Source of the DNA: Scyliorhinus canicula
Taxonomy: Eukaryota
Direction: 5' to 3'
Assembly (NCBI RefSeq): GCF_902713615.1
Contig: NW_024055454.1
Coordinates: forward strand, 62,001 to 126,000
DNA length: 64,000 bases
Shown: in pieces, positions 51,595 through 62,572 of the stretch
Layout: each line of letters opens with the position of its first letter
Position numbering within the stretch: position 1 is the stretch's first letter
The notes under the pieces: model-generated
Seen by the model: only the letters and a program-made list of their open reading frames with translations
Databases searched by the model: none
Told to the model about the DNA's origin: nothing
Program-made: the position numbers and the translations under genes

Positions 51595-52012
51595 GTAATG
51601 AAAGCGGAAATCGTCGATTAAAACTTCAACTGAACTGTACTGAGGGTGCAAAGTTAGTTCCTGTTATCTAAAACTAAACGAGTTTCCAGCGCAAAGAAGC
51701 TATTCAGCTGAACTGGTCAATGTTCCTTCCACTTCATCTCGGTGAATCAGGAAAACTTCCCGGCCCTTCCTCCCTCGCCTGCTTACCTATTGCCCCTTAT
51801 TGCATCTTCACCAATCTCAACTGCTCCTTGTGAGTTCTACTTTCTAACCGCTCTCCTGATAAAGATGTTTCTCTTGAATTCCAGATTGGATCATGTTGGA
51901 TCTCTTATATTTATGAATGTTAGTTTTAGAATCATCCATAAGTATTAGCGACTTGTCCAAGTAACTCTCATCGAAATTCTTCTTCAGTTTAGAGCAGCCT
52001 ATTTGTTTACTT

Positions 52013-52067
52013 CTGAGTCTTACCTTCACTCGAGGAGGTCCCCTCCTCGAGTGAAGGTAAGACTCAG
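52013..52067. repeat. Perfect 26-bp inverted repeat with a 3-nt loop
   Basis: CTGAGTCTTACCTTCACTCGAGGAGG-tcc-CCTCCTCGAGTGAAGGTAAGACTCAG. Confidence 0.97.
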
Positions 52068-53624
52068 CCAGTCTGTACAGCGTTCCTTAATGGGTGGAAT
52101 CACTCAGTTACAGATTCGCCATTGTCGTGTGATTTTTCTATTGTGTTTTCTGTCCCCATGTTCCACCGATGAGGAAGTGACCAGAAATGCTCGCAATCGA
52201 TCAGAACCCAGAGTCAGTATAGATTTTTCCTCCTCAAGTTTCCATTTGTCAAATTTATTACACCAAAGAGAAATTCGTAAAAAAATTAAACATCTTACAG
52301 ATAATTAATATAACCCAGACCATTGTGAGAACGGAGAGCGACATTGTTGCTTCAGCATTTTCCAGAGATTTATTATTCATCTCAGAAACCTGTGCAAATG
52401 TAATCAAAAACTGAGACTATTGGCTGAAGCTTGACTGAAGCCACTTCCTGCGGAACATATGACAGGAACATCGCCTCGAGAGCTGCGTCTGATTGGCCGG
52501 ATATTATTTCTGTAATCACAAGTCTGTGTTTATTGCAAAGGCTGAAAATCTAATCGTACATTTCGTTGATCACTAACAGAATGGTAAAAATCAACAAAGT
52601 TTGATCTCGAATTGACCTCAGCGACTGTTTAATCAGTAATTGTCCTGAAAGCTGTTCTCTGGAAGGATTAACAGTTTGGATGCAGATGAAGATGTTCTAT
52701 ATATTTCAGTCTCTGTCACGAAATAAACTGAACTGGCTGCCGGGAAGAGTGTGGGGGGAGGAGGGGGGGGGGGGGGGTATAACTGTAGTTATCATCTTAT
52801 GTATTGTAAAGTTCCTCCCATCAAAGAGCTCCAGCATCGTATTTGTCTGTTTACTGCGGTGGGAGCGGTTACGGGTTCCGTTTTATTACTATTATAATGT
52901 ACTTTAATGCAGCTGAATATACCCAGGAACTAATGTTAAATTATGTTTAAATCGCAGTGAAGTAACATATTTTGACACGTATTGTGTTATATTCAATTGA
53001 TTATATCGTTTTCTCAATTATTTAATATTTTAATATATTATTATTTATATCTTATTTTTCTTCCCATTTTAAATTCCTGCGTCTACTTTATGCTTTTTTC
53101 TCACTATGTTCCTTTGATTCTCTGTTTCTGTTGTTATCTGTTTGTTTGTCTCTCTTCGTTTCTCCGACCTTATTGTCTCCATATCACGGCACCGGGTCTC
53201 TTCACTGTTGGTGAATTCGTTGAAACGGGAATTTGAGATTAATTTGATTTTCTACCCTCCGAAATTGAATGCCATGTGAAATAACGAAAACGAGACAGTG
53301 AAAGTGTCTTTGTGTGTGTGAGAGAGAGAGGCGAGATACCGACAGAGAAGCCGAACAGCAGAGAGAGACAGACACGAAGAGAAAGCTGAGAGACACCAAG
53401 GCAGCGAAAATGCTAAAGGAGTTTATTAGCCCAGGAGCAAGAACGATTGGTGCCCGACTCTCACGGGCACTGAGGGACTAGCCAATCCTGACCTTGGGAA
53501 ACGCCCCTCAGAATCACATTGCGTGAAATCTGCAGCTGATTGGAGATTGCTCTTTAACATCAGACTAGAACTACAACGTATTTCAAACATGATTTTATTC
53601 CTTTCCAACCTTAAACCAGGCACC

Positions 53625-54069
53625 ATGTTCTCCTCACATTGCTTCATGGTGATTCTCATCATCCTGCCCAGTGAGTCAATATTTACTATAATATTCAATA
53701 TCACACATGCACATGTTCCATATGTTATGTTCACTCCCAGACGTTTCAAACATTGTTTGTCTTGTTACAGGAACAAATGGCAAAGAAGCAGTGTTCCAGG
53801 ATCGATCTGAATTAAAGGTTCCGGAAGGACAGAACGTAACACTGGATTGTAGATACTCGACAGCTGCTCTTCGAACTCTGTTCTGGTACATCCAGTATCC
53901 CGGGAAAGCTCCAAAATATTTAATGACAATATATAGCTCTGGGGAAGAATTCTCCAAATTTACCAGCCAGGTTCTTGGCGGTTTTGCATAAAGAAAACAC
54001 AACGGTTCCTTTAACTATCACCGGGGCTCTTCTCTCCGACTGCGCCGTGTATTTCTGTGCCATAGAGCC
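53625..54069 (+). pseudogene. TRAV/TRDV: TCR alpha/delta-type V gene with a single +1 frameshift (leader 53625-53670, V exon 53771-54069)
   Basis: Leader MFSSHCFMVILIILP; ...VPEGQNVTLDCRY...LFWYIQYPGKAPKYL...; deleting one A at ~53956-53958 restores ...FSNLPARFLAVLHKENTTVPLTITGALLSDCAVYFCAIE; RSS CACACTG(54070-54076)-23-ACAATAACC(54100-54108). Confidence 0.88.
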
Positions 54070-54131
54070 CACACTGCACAGAGATATAGCAGCTGCCGTA
54101 CAATAACCCCACACTGAGAGTTCCAGTTGGT

Positions 54132-54148
54132 GCCCACCAGAGGGCGTT
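54132..54148 (+). promoter_or_regulatory. CTCF-binding consensus just 3' of a V RSS
   Basis: GCCCACCAGAGGGCGTT matches the CCAC/GCAGA/GGGGCG core; 24 bp after the nonamer. Confidence 0.65.
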
Positions 54149-54892
54149 CTCTGGCCGATAAACATTCAACCTCCACAGTGAAAGCCAACGACACTTTTCA
54201 TAATTTCCGTGCAAGACAGGGGACCCAACAAAACCAGGCAAGGGCCACTTAGGGAATTAAAGTAGTTGCTTTCAGCTCACAGCTGTAATAAAAATGAGAG
54301 TCACAAATGAATTTCTGGTGTCACCTCGTTTTTTTCTTTTGATGTTATTTCTGTGTCTGTCTGACTTATTGTGCAGCTTTTTCCCCGTCTCCCCGTTAGT
54401 ATACCGATCCTTTTGATCACGACCGCGCACAAACTCTATATGAACAGCGTGTTTTAGTTGTCCGGATTGTTTTAATTAAAAGTTTGAAATTTTCAAATTA
54501 GGAACATCGAGTGTTAAAACACACCCCATGCATTAATTTCCCTCGATGTTCATGGCCTTTTGGAGTGTCTTTTTATATCTATAATATTTTCCACCAGCAA
54601 TCATAGCCCAGAATTTCTGTCTTAAAGTGTCGAAAGGAAGATTTTCTTCTCACCCATTTCCTCCAACAGAACCAGCCCCCGAAAAGGACAGGACACTGTA
54701 GCCGAGACCGATGCCGATATGTTTCTGTTCATTCGCAGTCACTTCACTATTCATCCGTTTCACAACCGCACTGCGATAAGATGGCAGAGAGGTGGTAGAT
54801 ATTTAAAATCTTTCAGCAGTTTATTGATGGAAGATCAGGATCGGTGTCTTCAAATACTCAACTCTCCTTTAGTAGAGCGGATAGCGAGCAGA

Positions 54893-55343
54893 ATGTGATT
54901 TAGCATCAGGATATTGTGGGAATATTTCTGACAGGTAATTGTGGATTAAACACCTTCCGCATTTTCTCTAATTTCCAAAATAGAGTATGAATCAGAATAT
55001 TAAACACCCGCCGCTCTGATAATTCCTTGTTTGAATATGCTTTTAGATCCAGGTCATGGAGGCTCTGTTTGTCAGTAGCTGTCCTTAGATCTAAAGACAG
55101 TTGTAGAAGGGAAAACTGAAAAAGGTATATGCAACATCAGCTTCATTATTTATTCTGGCTCAAGAGCACCAGATACACAGCGCGCGAAGTTGCACTCCGG
55201 AAATTCTGGGTGTGTAAATGAAAGTTTTGCCAAACCATATTTATCGGTAGAATTCGAGTCCTCTACTCAATTCGCCAGTTTAAGCTTCAAGGGGCGGCAG
55301 TTGACTGCCTGTGCCGTCAATTATGTATTACTGCGTTCTGTCT
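54893..55343 (+). pseudogene. Heavily decayed TCR V relic (leader-like 54893-54934; V ~55047-55343)
   Basis: Frameshifted motifs in the expected order and spacing: ...IVGIFLT-G|GTAATT, GGSVCQ*...VVEGKT...C, HYLFW, ESFAKPYLSVEFESSTQFASLSFKGRQLTACAV, MYYCVL; nucleotide similarity to the 51-kb V; no usable RSS. Confidence 0.6.
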
Positions 55344-57257
55344 GTACGTCTACCTTGGACAGTAGCTCAGTACTCCTGTCGGTTTGGGGGTTCTACAGAA
55401 TCTACAGAATCTCGGGCAGATTCATCCGTAATATGAGCAGCGCTGTCAGCCTCTCAAACCAAATACTGCCAAGGAACTAATCAGTGATGCTGCTGGCCTA
55501 TTACTGCATGAACACTCAAAGCTCTTCCCGTGCTGATCCGCTTGAGGTTGTCCTATCGGTTCACTTACACACACACCAGAAGCACACGCAAACGCTTTCA
55601 TACAAACACTCAAGCAGAGGCTCACACTTCTAGTTAACCAGATGTAACCGTTCCCCAGTGTGGCTAAACCTATTTCGGTGTCTTTCTCTTTCTTGACCTT
55701 CTGCTTCGAGTTTTGCTTTAAATATTCTCTCTCTCTCACTGCCCCCCTTCCATGTGCTTCTCTCTCTCTCCCTGCACCATCCAGTTTTTGCCCGTCTCAC
55801 TTTCTACCTTGCTCACTGTTTTCCCCTCGCTCATCTCCTCTCTTGCAATATTTGACGAGATTGAAAGTGAAGCAATTCCAGGTTTTGATATGACCCATGA
55901 ATAATTCCAAACTTAATAACGTGAGAAACATTATGTGCACGATCAGAATTTAAAAATGTGCTCACAGTGGCTTGATTAGTTGAAGGAATTTACATAGATT
56001 GAAAATGTCTGCTGTGAAAAATCTTTACCAAATTATTTAGTAGCACTGTCTTGCATCAAGGTTTGGTAAAATAAGCATAACAGCAGACGCCGGGAATCAG
56101 ACGTGGAGACGGACAAATAAACACTTCCAGACGCATACGCCTAAAAGGAAAGCAATAAAGAACACATGCACGCACGCATACACAGCACACACACACAAGC
56201 ACACACATAATTAAACAGGCACATACAATCACTCACACAAACAGAAACACACATGCGCACACACACACACACACACACATTCACACACGCACACACACAC
56301 ACAAAGCAAACATTGGTAGACAGACCATTATTGTAATCGAGTGATAGCTTTCGATATACATTTCATAACAAATTGCACAGTTACTAATAAGGCATGACTG
56401 AATGCAGATAATTCGTTAATTGGATCCAGCAGCATGTCAGAGACATTGGCAAATGGTTCCAAACCAGGCGAAAAAGTCCTGAGGATGATGCGAGAAACTG
56501 AATTCAGGGACTGTGCTTTCTCACTTCCCGTCATAAACACTTTTTCAAGGTGGATATTTTCAACTGTTCCTCATTGAAAAAAAATGCGGTTGCAAGCTTC
56601 TGATTTTCAAGCGAGTTCCCGTTTCTGAAGGGTAGACAGGAAATTGGACATACGGCCGCAATCTGATCAACTGTGAACATACTGAATGTTCGAAGGGTCA
56701 ACTAATCTGCGCTCGATGTTATTTCTTATATGGTTAGTTTCATATAATATAGAGAGGACCAAAAGATACTTAAAAACAAATATCTCAGGGTTCTTAGGCG
56801 GAATATCAATGCCATCGTGTTTTTAAGACCAGGGCATATACATTCCCCTTTGGGGGTTAGTCTATCGCGCGGAAGGAGTGATGAGAAAAGCCGATGTTGT
56901 TGTGTTGCTAATTCCGGAGTTTCTGAGGAGAAGAGCTTCTCACTGGCCATACTAACTGTCTACGGTCTAAATAGGAGGGGTAATAGGCAGGCAGTGAGGT
57001 AACTGAAGAGGAAATTGTGGTAAATTACAAAAGTAGAAATGAAATACGGAGTGCCCCACGGGTTTGAGGAAAATGGGATTGTTGGACAAACAAGTAGAAT
57101 CAGTGATATTTGGGGAGGGGGGGGGGGGGGGGGGGAGATCAGTCAGAGAAGAATGGAGTTTTAAAGTGAGGGAATTATTTTCTGAGAAGTCAGATCATGT
57201 TGAGGAGTGGAACCAGGAGGATCCTGAATTAGTCCCTCTTCAGTGGAGGAACTGATC

Positions 57258-57536
57258 AGCTGGAGCAGAAATACAAACTCCCAGACCGATCAGCATTGCT
57301 GGCCTATCCGATGCCACGAATGGGTCATGTGCAGCAATGTCCCCAACAGCACAATCGTTTCAGAATGAAAATGGGAACAGCAAACGGAAGCTGCTCCCCG
57401 GGACACCGCAGATTCTAAACAAGTCAGGCTGTGCGGCTGGTATCAGCTGCAGTCGGGATTGCCGGAGCGGAAATAGCGACGGTTCAATCCTGTGACCTTC
57501 CGGCACCTGCTCACTGCTCAAGTGAGTGAGAACAAT
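57258..57536 (-). pseudogene. Possible inverted V relic
   Basis: Minus strand IVLTHLSSEQVPEG..., TGA-TAC-CAG (W>stop YQ), ...DRSGSLYFCSS, spanning ~90 codons; no RSS. Confidence 0.4.
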
Positions 57537-58247
57537 TAGTGGGGGACTGGCATGAATCGCCCAAAAGCATAGAAAATTAGGGAACGGAATGAGCATTCGG
57601 CTTACCGTGCACGTGCCAATTGGAAAATGCTGTCCCAATCGTCTTGCCCACCTCACATTTTCCATATTGCTTTCCCTTTTCAGATTATGACAGTCACCTT
57701 TTGGCAGTTGTTACGGAATCTTCTTTCATCATTTTCTCGTTGTGTTGTAGATGTTAGCAAATCGGAATATTATGAATAAATACATCATTCTCTGTCATAT
57801 TTTTCTATCAAATCGGGATGATTTGTTATTGGAACTGCTGCTAATGGGAAGAATTACAGACGCTCTACGCTATTGGAAAGGCATATCTTTTCAGCAAAAC
57901 TAATGAGTCTTCCTTCTACTTCCTTTGTGACAGGCAAATGAAGCGAAAGTTCTCTGGGTCTTTTGCATAAACGGCCCTCGTCCCTGGCAACATTTAAATG
58001 TATAACATCCGCACTTTCTCCAACGTCCTAACACTACTTCTCATTTGTTGTGCAGGATTTGTAAAGTAACGGCCAACACATATTTAATCGATTAATAGCC
58101 CTTTCTGACATAAACATCAACAGTAATAAAAACTGTTTCGTAGCAGATCCAGTTTAGATTTCTGGGAAACATTCGCGTCTTCCTCTGTATTTCAATACGC
58201 CCTGGATGCATTCAGTGGCTGCATTCCAACAGGAATGAAACTACTCC

Positions 58248-58264
58248 GGCAGCAGGGGGCGCCA
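58248..58264 (+). promoter_or_regulatory. CTCF-binding consensus (duplicated copy)
   Basis: GGCAGCAGGGGGCGCCA. Confidence 0.6.
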
Positions 58265-58688
58265 CCTTCAAACATGGGGATGATGAAGTTCCGTTACGGC
58301 ATTGTCAAAACCAACTAATGGGAACAATTACAGCAAAACGATTTGAATCTTCCATTCTACCTCTATTGTTACAAGCAAATGAACCCAAAGTTCTCTGGTC
58401 TTGGCATAAACGGGCCTGTCCCTGTTAATCTTTAAATATATAACATCCACACTTTCTCCAACGTCCTATCACTACTTCTCATTTGTCGTGCACAGGGTTT
58501 GGAAAGAAACGGGCAGCAAAGATTTCATCAATTTAGTGACCCTTTCTGACACAAACATCAACAGTAGTAAAAACTATGCCCTACCAGATCCAGTTTAAAA
58601 TTCTGGGAAACATTAGTGTCTTCTTGTGTATTTCAATACACCCTCAATCTATTCAGTGGCTGCATTCAAACAGGAACAAAACTACTCC

Positions 58689-58705
58689 AGCACCAGAGGG
58701 CGCCA
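58689..58705 (+). promoter_or_regulatory. CTCF-binding consensus 206 bp upstream of a V ATG
   Basis: AGCACCAGAGGGCGCCA. Confidence 0.65.
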
Positions 58706-58771
58706 CCTTCAAACATGGGGATGATGAAGTTCCGTGATGGCATCGTCAAAACCAATAGATGTCGTGGTCTG

Positions 58772-58781
58772 AGTGATGTCA
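58772..58781 (+). promoter_or_regulatory. TCR V promoter decamer (CRE-like) AGTGATGTCA
   Basis: Exact match to AGTGAYRTCA, 123 bp upstream of the ATG; CCAAT at ~58752. Confidence 0.6.
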
Positions 58782-58894
58782 CAATGGGCCTGGTCCCCTG
58801 CAGTGTGTGGGTGGAACATTGAGCTAAACAGAGCCCGGGTTCCCTCTCTCCTCTCAGTCTCTGGCTCATTCCATTCCCATTCACTCAGTCAGAC

Positions 58895-59586
58895 ATGTTT
58901 CTGTTAATACTGGCGGCGTTGTTGGACGGTAAGTAATGGATAATATTCATCAAGCCAGATTAGAGGGTGATAGATTGCAATAACATTGAATAGAATTAAC
59001 GATCAGAAATATCCACATGATGAGGGAGTTTATTTTCCGCAAACTCACAGATAAAGGAAAATAAATGAAAATCGCTTATTGTCGCAAGTAGGCTTCAAAT
59101 AAAGTTACTGTGAGAAGCCCCTAGACGCCACATTCCAGCGCCTGTTCAGGGAGGCTGGTACGGGAATTGAACCGTGCTGCTGGCCTGTCTTGGTCTGCTT
59201 TCAAAGCCAGCGATTTAGCCCTGTGCTAAACCAGCCGCTAATTTAGGTGAATTATGTTTAAACTATTGATATTTCATTTCTCTCCCTTTACAGGCGGGCT
59301 AAGCGCAGATCCAGTAACTCAATCACCGGTGACAAACACCGTGTCAGAAGGGGGTTCGGTGCGGCTGGATTGTGAATATGCAGACTCGAATATGCTGTAC
59401 ATGCAATGGTATCAGCAGAAAGCGGCACAGCCACCAATCTGGATTATTACCAATGCATTTGCTCTGAAGAAAGATGAAGTTTCAGGACGATATCTGGCGG
59501 CTGCTGACAAGTCTAAACAGAACGGTTACCTCAATATAAGCGGCCTCAGTGTGGGTGACGGGGCGGTCTATTACTGTGCAGTGAGG
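58895..59586 (+). CDS. TRAV/TRDV: Intact TCR alpha/delta-type V gene (leader 58895-58928, V exon 59294-59586)
   Basis: MFLLILAALLD-GGLSA-DPVTQSPV...LDCEY...MQWYQQK...DGAVYYCAVR; GT/AG intact; RSS CACAGCG(59587-59593)-23-ACAAAAACC(59617-59625). Confidence 0.93.
59059..59237 (-). mobile_element. tRNA-derived SINE in the leader intron of the 58.9-kb V
   Basis: Family of 1763-1945; absent from the paralogous intron at 62111-62279. Confidence 0.88.
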
Positions 59587-60141
59587 CACAGCGTTAGAGA
59601 GCAGCTGGTGCCCCGTACAAAAACCTCAGCGAGTATTCACAGCTCCACTGAATCTGCTTTCCTGCTCCTGTCTGCGGGAATTGTTTAATCCCGGATTCAC
59701 GAACACAGTCAGTTCTATTTATCAGACAGTTATATTTGTGTCTCCGCTCTTCTGCGGGTGAACAGATGAGCAATTTGGAAATCACGCGACTCATTTCCAT
59801 GCCGCAATGTACATGGTAAATTGAAACGTGGAATACCCGGGTACCAGCAGCGGTAATAACAGCTCTCAGATGTCGAAATAATACAGCCGGAAATTATACT
59901 TTGCTCTTCCAGAACCGTTAACTCAGATGAGCCCAATCCCACTGAGCCTGCCCCTGGAATAAAACAGAGACTGTGTCAAACTCTGCTGTTGTATTTAACA
60001 CAGGAAATTCAGAATAAGAAATTCAACAGGACATCACAGAGCAACACGAGTATTATTATCATGTAGGACCATGGTGTCTGCTTTGGGCTTCATTAGAAAA
60101 TCGATTCTTCGATCGAAAACACATCCATTGCCTGCTGCTAG

Positions 60142-60420
60142 AGAGTCACTCAGATACGGGACTTGCTTCAGTGAGGCGCGGCTCACGGTGAGCGCTAAAA
60201 ACTACAAGTCATGAAGTCCCGGGACCGCCACAGCCTTGTATTGGTATCGTCCGTACAGATTTTTGCTGCACTGTCACGGGGTGGGGGTCCAATATTACTG
60301 ACGCTGCCTTTCACCCGAGTGGTAGTCAAAGGATTGGCCGTCTCTGCTGAAATGAACAGAGTCTGTTCTGATCGTCAGTACCCCGATCCTGCTGCTACAT
60401 TGAGTCGTCTACACCATTGT
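60142..60420 (+). pseudogene. Possible decayed V relic
   Basis: RVTQ (60142), ALYWYR (W at 60242) and HHC (TGT at 60418; YYC-like) at V-like spacing but across frameshifts; no RSS. Confidence 0.35.
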
Positions 60421-60944
60421 AGATCCTTCCTCTTCATGCGGTCAGACAGCTGTGCTGTACTTCGGTCGTTAACAAGATGTACTTATGTATTTACCTGTAT
60501 GCGAGGCATAGTAAGATCATCTATACCTTTCTGCTGCACGGATTCCGTCCCATCAGATGAAACATGAACGGTGCAGGGTGCCCGGATGCTGACTGTATCG
60601 GTCAGGATCTATTGTTTTGACTGAACTGTTGTGTGACGTCACTGTCCTCTTCGACCCTTATTTCAGCCTCGCCGCTGTTCTCCTGGGTCCTGGTGGCTCC
60701 AGTCTGACAGAAACCAAAAGAAAATATAAAATTCAGCATCAACCTCATATTGACCAACATAACAGCCACCCCCATTATTATTATTATTATTATTATTTAA
60801 TTAACAGTAATATCAGGTTACACAGTGAGGGGAGAATGGAGAGTTTGCAATGAGTGAAATACCGAGAAGTGAGATGATGTTGAGGAGATCGGAGAGGCGA
60901 TTCCCGCGATAATTCCTGAATTAGATGCTGTCAGGAAATTACCT

Positions 60945-61205
60945 GTCCGAGCAGAAATACAGATTCAGGAGCCACTGCACGGCTGCTCAAACCAATGACA
61001 GGAATCGAGCAGCGACAGCAATGTCTAGAATATCATAATGGTGTTCGAGCCAGAGAAACAAACGGAAACTGTGACTGGGGACACCGCAGATTCAAAGCTG
61101 ATACAAAATGTGCGGCGGTTATCGGCTGCTGTCGCAAGTGAGGGAGGGAAACAGCGACAGTTGACCATCCTGCACCTGCTCACTGCTCAAGTCACTGAGA
61201 ACAAT
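60945..61205 (-). pseudogene. Possible inverted V relic, paralog of 57258-57536
   Basis: Minus strand IVLSDLSSEQVQDG...LYFCSD; shares cacctgctcactgctcaagt and ggacaccgcagattc with the 57-kb copy. Confidence 0.4.
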
Positions 61206-61274
61206 ATAGAGGGAAGACACTTCCCTCCAACGAGAAGGGATCTGATACAACTGACCCTCCCTGCCCCTATTTCG

Positions 61275-61597
61275 TACAATCATAGGATCTACAGTGCTGA
61301 AGCAGGCCACCCGGCCCATCGAGTTCGCAATGGCCCCCGGAAAAAGCATTCCACCCAAGCCCACGCCTCCACTTCATCGCAGCAACCTAACACAACCTTT
61401 GTGGGCATTTAGCATGGCAAATGCACCTAACCTGCACATCTTTGAATTCTGGGGGAAACCAGAGCACCCAGAAGAAACCGACGCAGACAGGGGGAGAACG
61501 TGCAGACCCCGCACAGACAGTGACGCAGCCGGGAATAGAACCTGGGACCCTGAAGCTGTGAATCCATTGTGCTAATCACTATGCTACCGTGCCGCCC
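61275..61597 (-). mobile_element. HE1-type SINE
   Basis: Minus strand gggcggcacggtagcatagtgattagcacaatggattcacagcttcagggtccc head. Confidence 0.88.
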
Positions 61598-61870
61598 ACA
61601 TACGTACACGACGCTGTCAGAAATCATTGTGCTCCTGATCGTTAGCTCGGTCGTCTTGTCCTTTGAATATTTGACATACCCAGGATTGAGACAGAAGATT
61701 CCAGCGATGGTTTCCGGAGATTTAGCATAGTTTTCAGGCATAAACATTAACAGTAACAAAGACAGTATATAAACAGGTCCAATTTAGATTTTTGGGTCAC
61801 ATTCGAATATTGGTATGTTTTGCAGCAAACCCTGAACACACTCACTAGGAAAATTCGATTTAACACAATT

Positions 61871-61888
61871 TGCCAGCAGAGGGCGCCG
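61871..61888 (+). promoter_or_regulatory. CTCF-binding consensus 206 bp upstream of a V ATG
   Basis: TGCCAGCAGAGGGCGCCG, a canonical CTCF core. Confidence 0.72.
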
Positions 61889-61953
61889 AATTCAACCACG
61901 GGCGTCATAAACCCACGTGATGTTTTCTTTGAAACCTGTTTGGCTGGGGGGCC

Positions 61954-61963
61954 AGTGAGGTCA
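61954..61963 (+). promoter_or_regulatory. Decamer variant AGTGAGGTCA
   Basis: 123 bp upstream of the ATG at 62077, the same offset as in the paralog. Confidence 0.5.
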
Positions 61964-62076
61964 CAAACCACCCCCCCCCCCCTTCCTGCACTGTAACGCC
62001 TCCGCCTCCTCAATGAGTTGAGCAGACCCGGGGCTCCCTCCCTGCTTCACAATCTCTGAGAGAGATTCAGTCTGAC

Positions 62077-62572
62077 ATGTTTCTGATAATACTGGCGGCG
62101 CTGTGGCACGGTAAGTCCTGGATAATAAACATCGAGGCAGATTAGCATATTAATACAGATCGATGGCAATATAATTGCGCTCGAAAATATCGATATGATG
62201 CGCAGTTGGGAGGTTTCACAAACTCTCTCAGATACAGGCAAATTTGCATCAGTTGATATTTAATCCTCTACCTTCACAGGCGGACTGTGCGCAGATCCAG
62301 TAACTCAGTTACCGGTGATAATAACCGCATCGGAAGGAGATTCGGTGCTGTTGAATTGTGACGATACAGACAAGAATATGGACTTCATGCTATGGTATCA
62401 GCAGAAACCGGCACAACAACCGAGATGGATCATCACTAACACTCTAGCATTGAAGAAAGAAACAGTTTCAGGACGATATTTGGCGGTTGCTGACAAGTCT
62501 AAACAGAAAGGTTCCCTCAATATAAGCGGCCTCAGTTTGGAGGACGAGGCGGTCTATTACTGTGCAGTGAGG
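62077..62572 (+). CDS. TRAV/TRDV: Intact TCR alpha/delta-type V gene (leader 62077-62110, V exon 62280-62572)
   Basis: MFLIILAALWH-GGLCA-DPVTQLPV...LNCDD...MLWYQQK...DEAVYYCAVR; RSS CACAGCG(62573-62579)-23-ACAAAAACT(62603-62611); 66/93 aa identical to the 58.9-kb V by hand count. Confidence 0.93.

Larger units (their letters stand above)
57841..58755 (+). repeat. Local tandem duplication (~450 bp x2) upstream of the 58.9-kb V
   Basis: Copies start at ctaatgggaa (57841, 58315) and share gcactttctccaacgtccta and gccaccttcaaacatggggatgatgaagttccgt. Confidence 0.92.

Noticed and set aside
52705-52900. SVTK*...NCSY...LMYC as another V relic
   Set aside because: Motifs are too close together, interrupted by a G run, and there is no FR3, YYC or RSS; unsupported without an alignment.
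56817-57035. EEKSFSLAI...GCAGTGAGG followed by ACAAAAGTA as a V end
   Set aside because: No YYC, no heptamer, and wrong spacer length.
60821-60862. CACAGTG after a (TAT)n run
   Set aside because: No acceptable nonamer at 23 bp, and the preceding sequence lacks YYC.
59294-62572. Positive selection between the two paralogous intact Vs (27 aa differences)
   Set aside because: A hand count found about 14 synonymous codon changes as well, so dN/dS is not evidently above 1; needs formal codon analysis.
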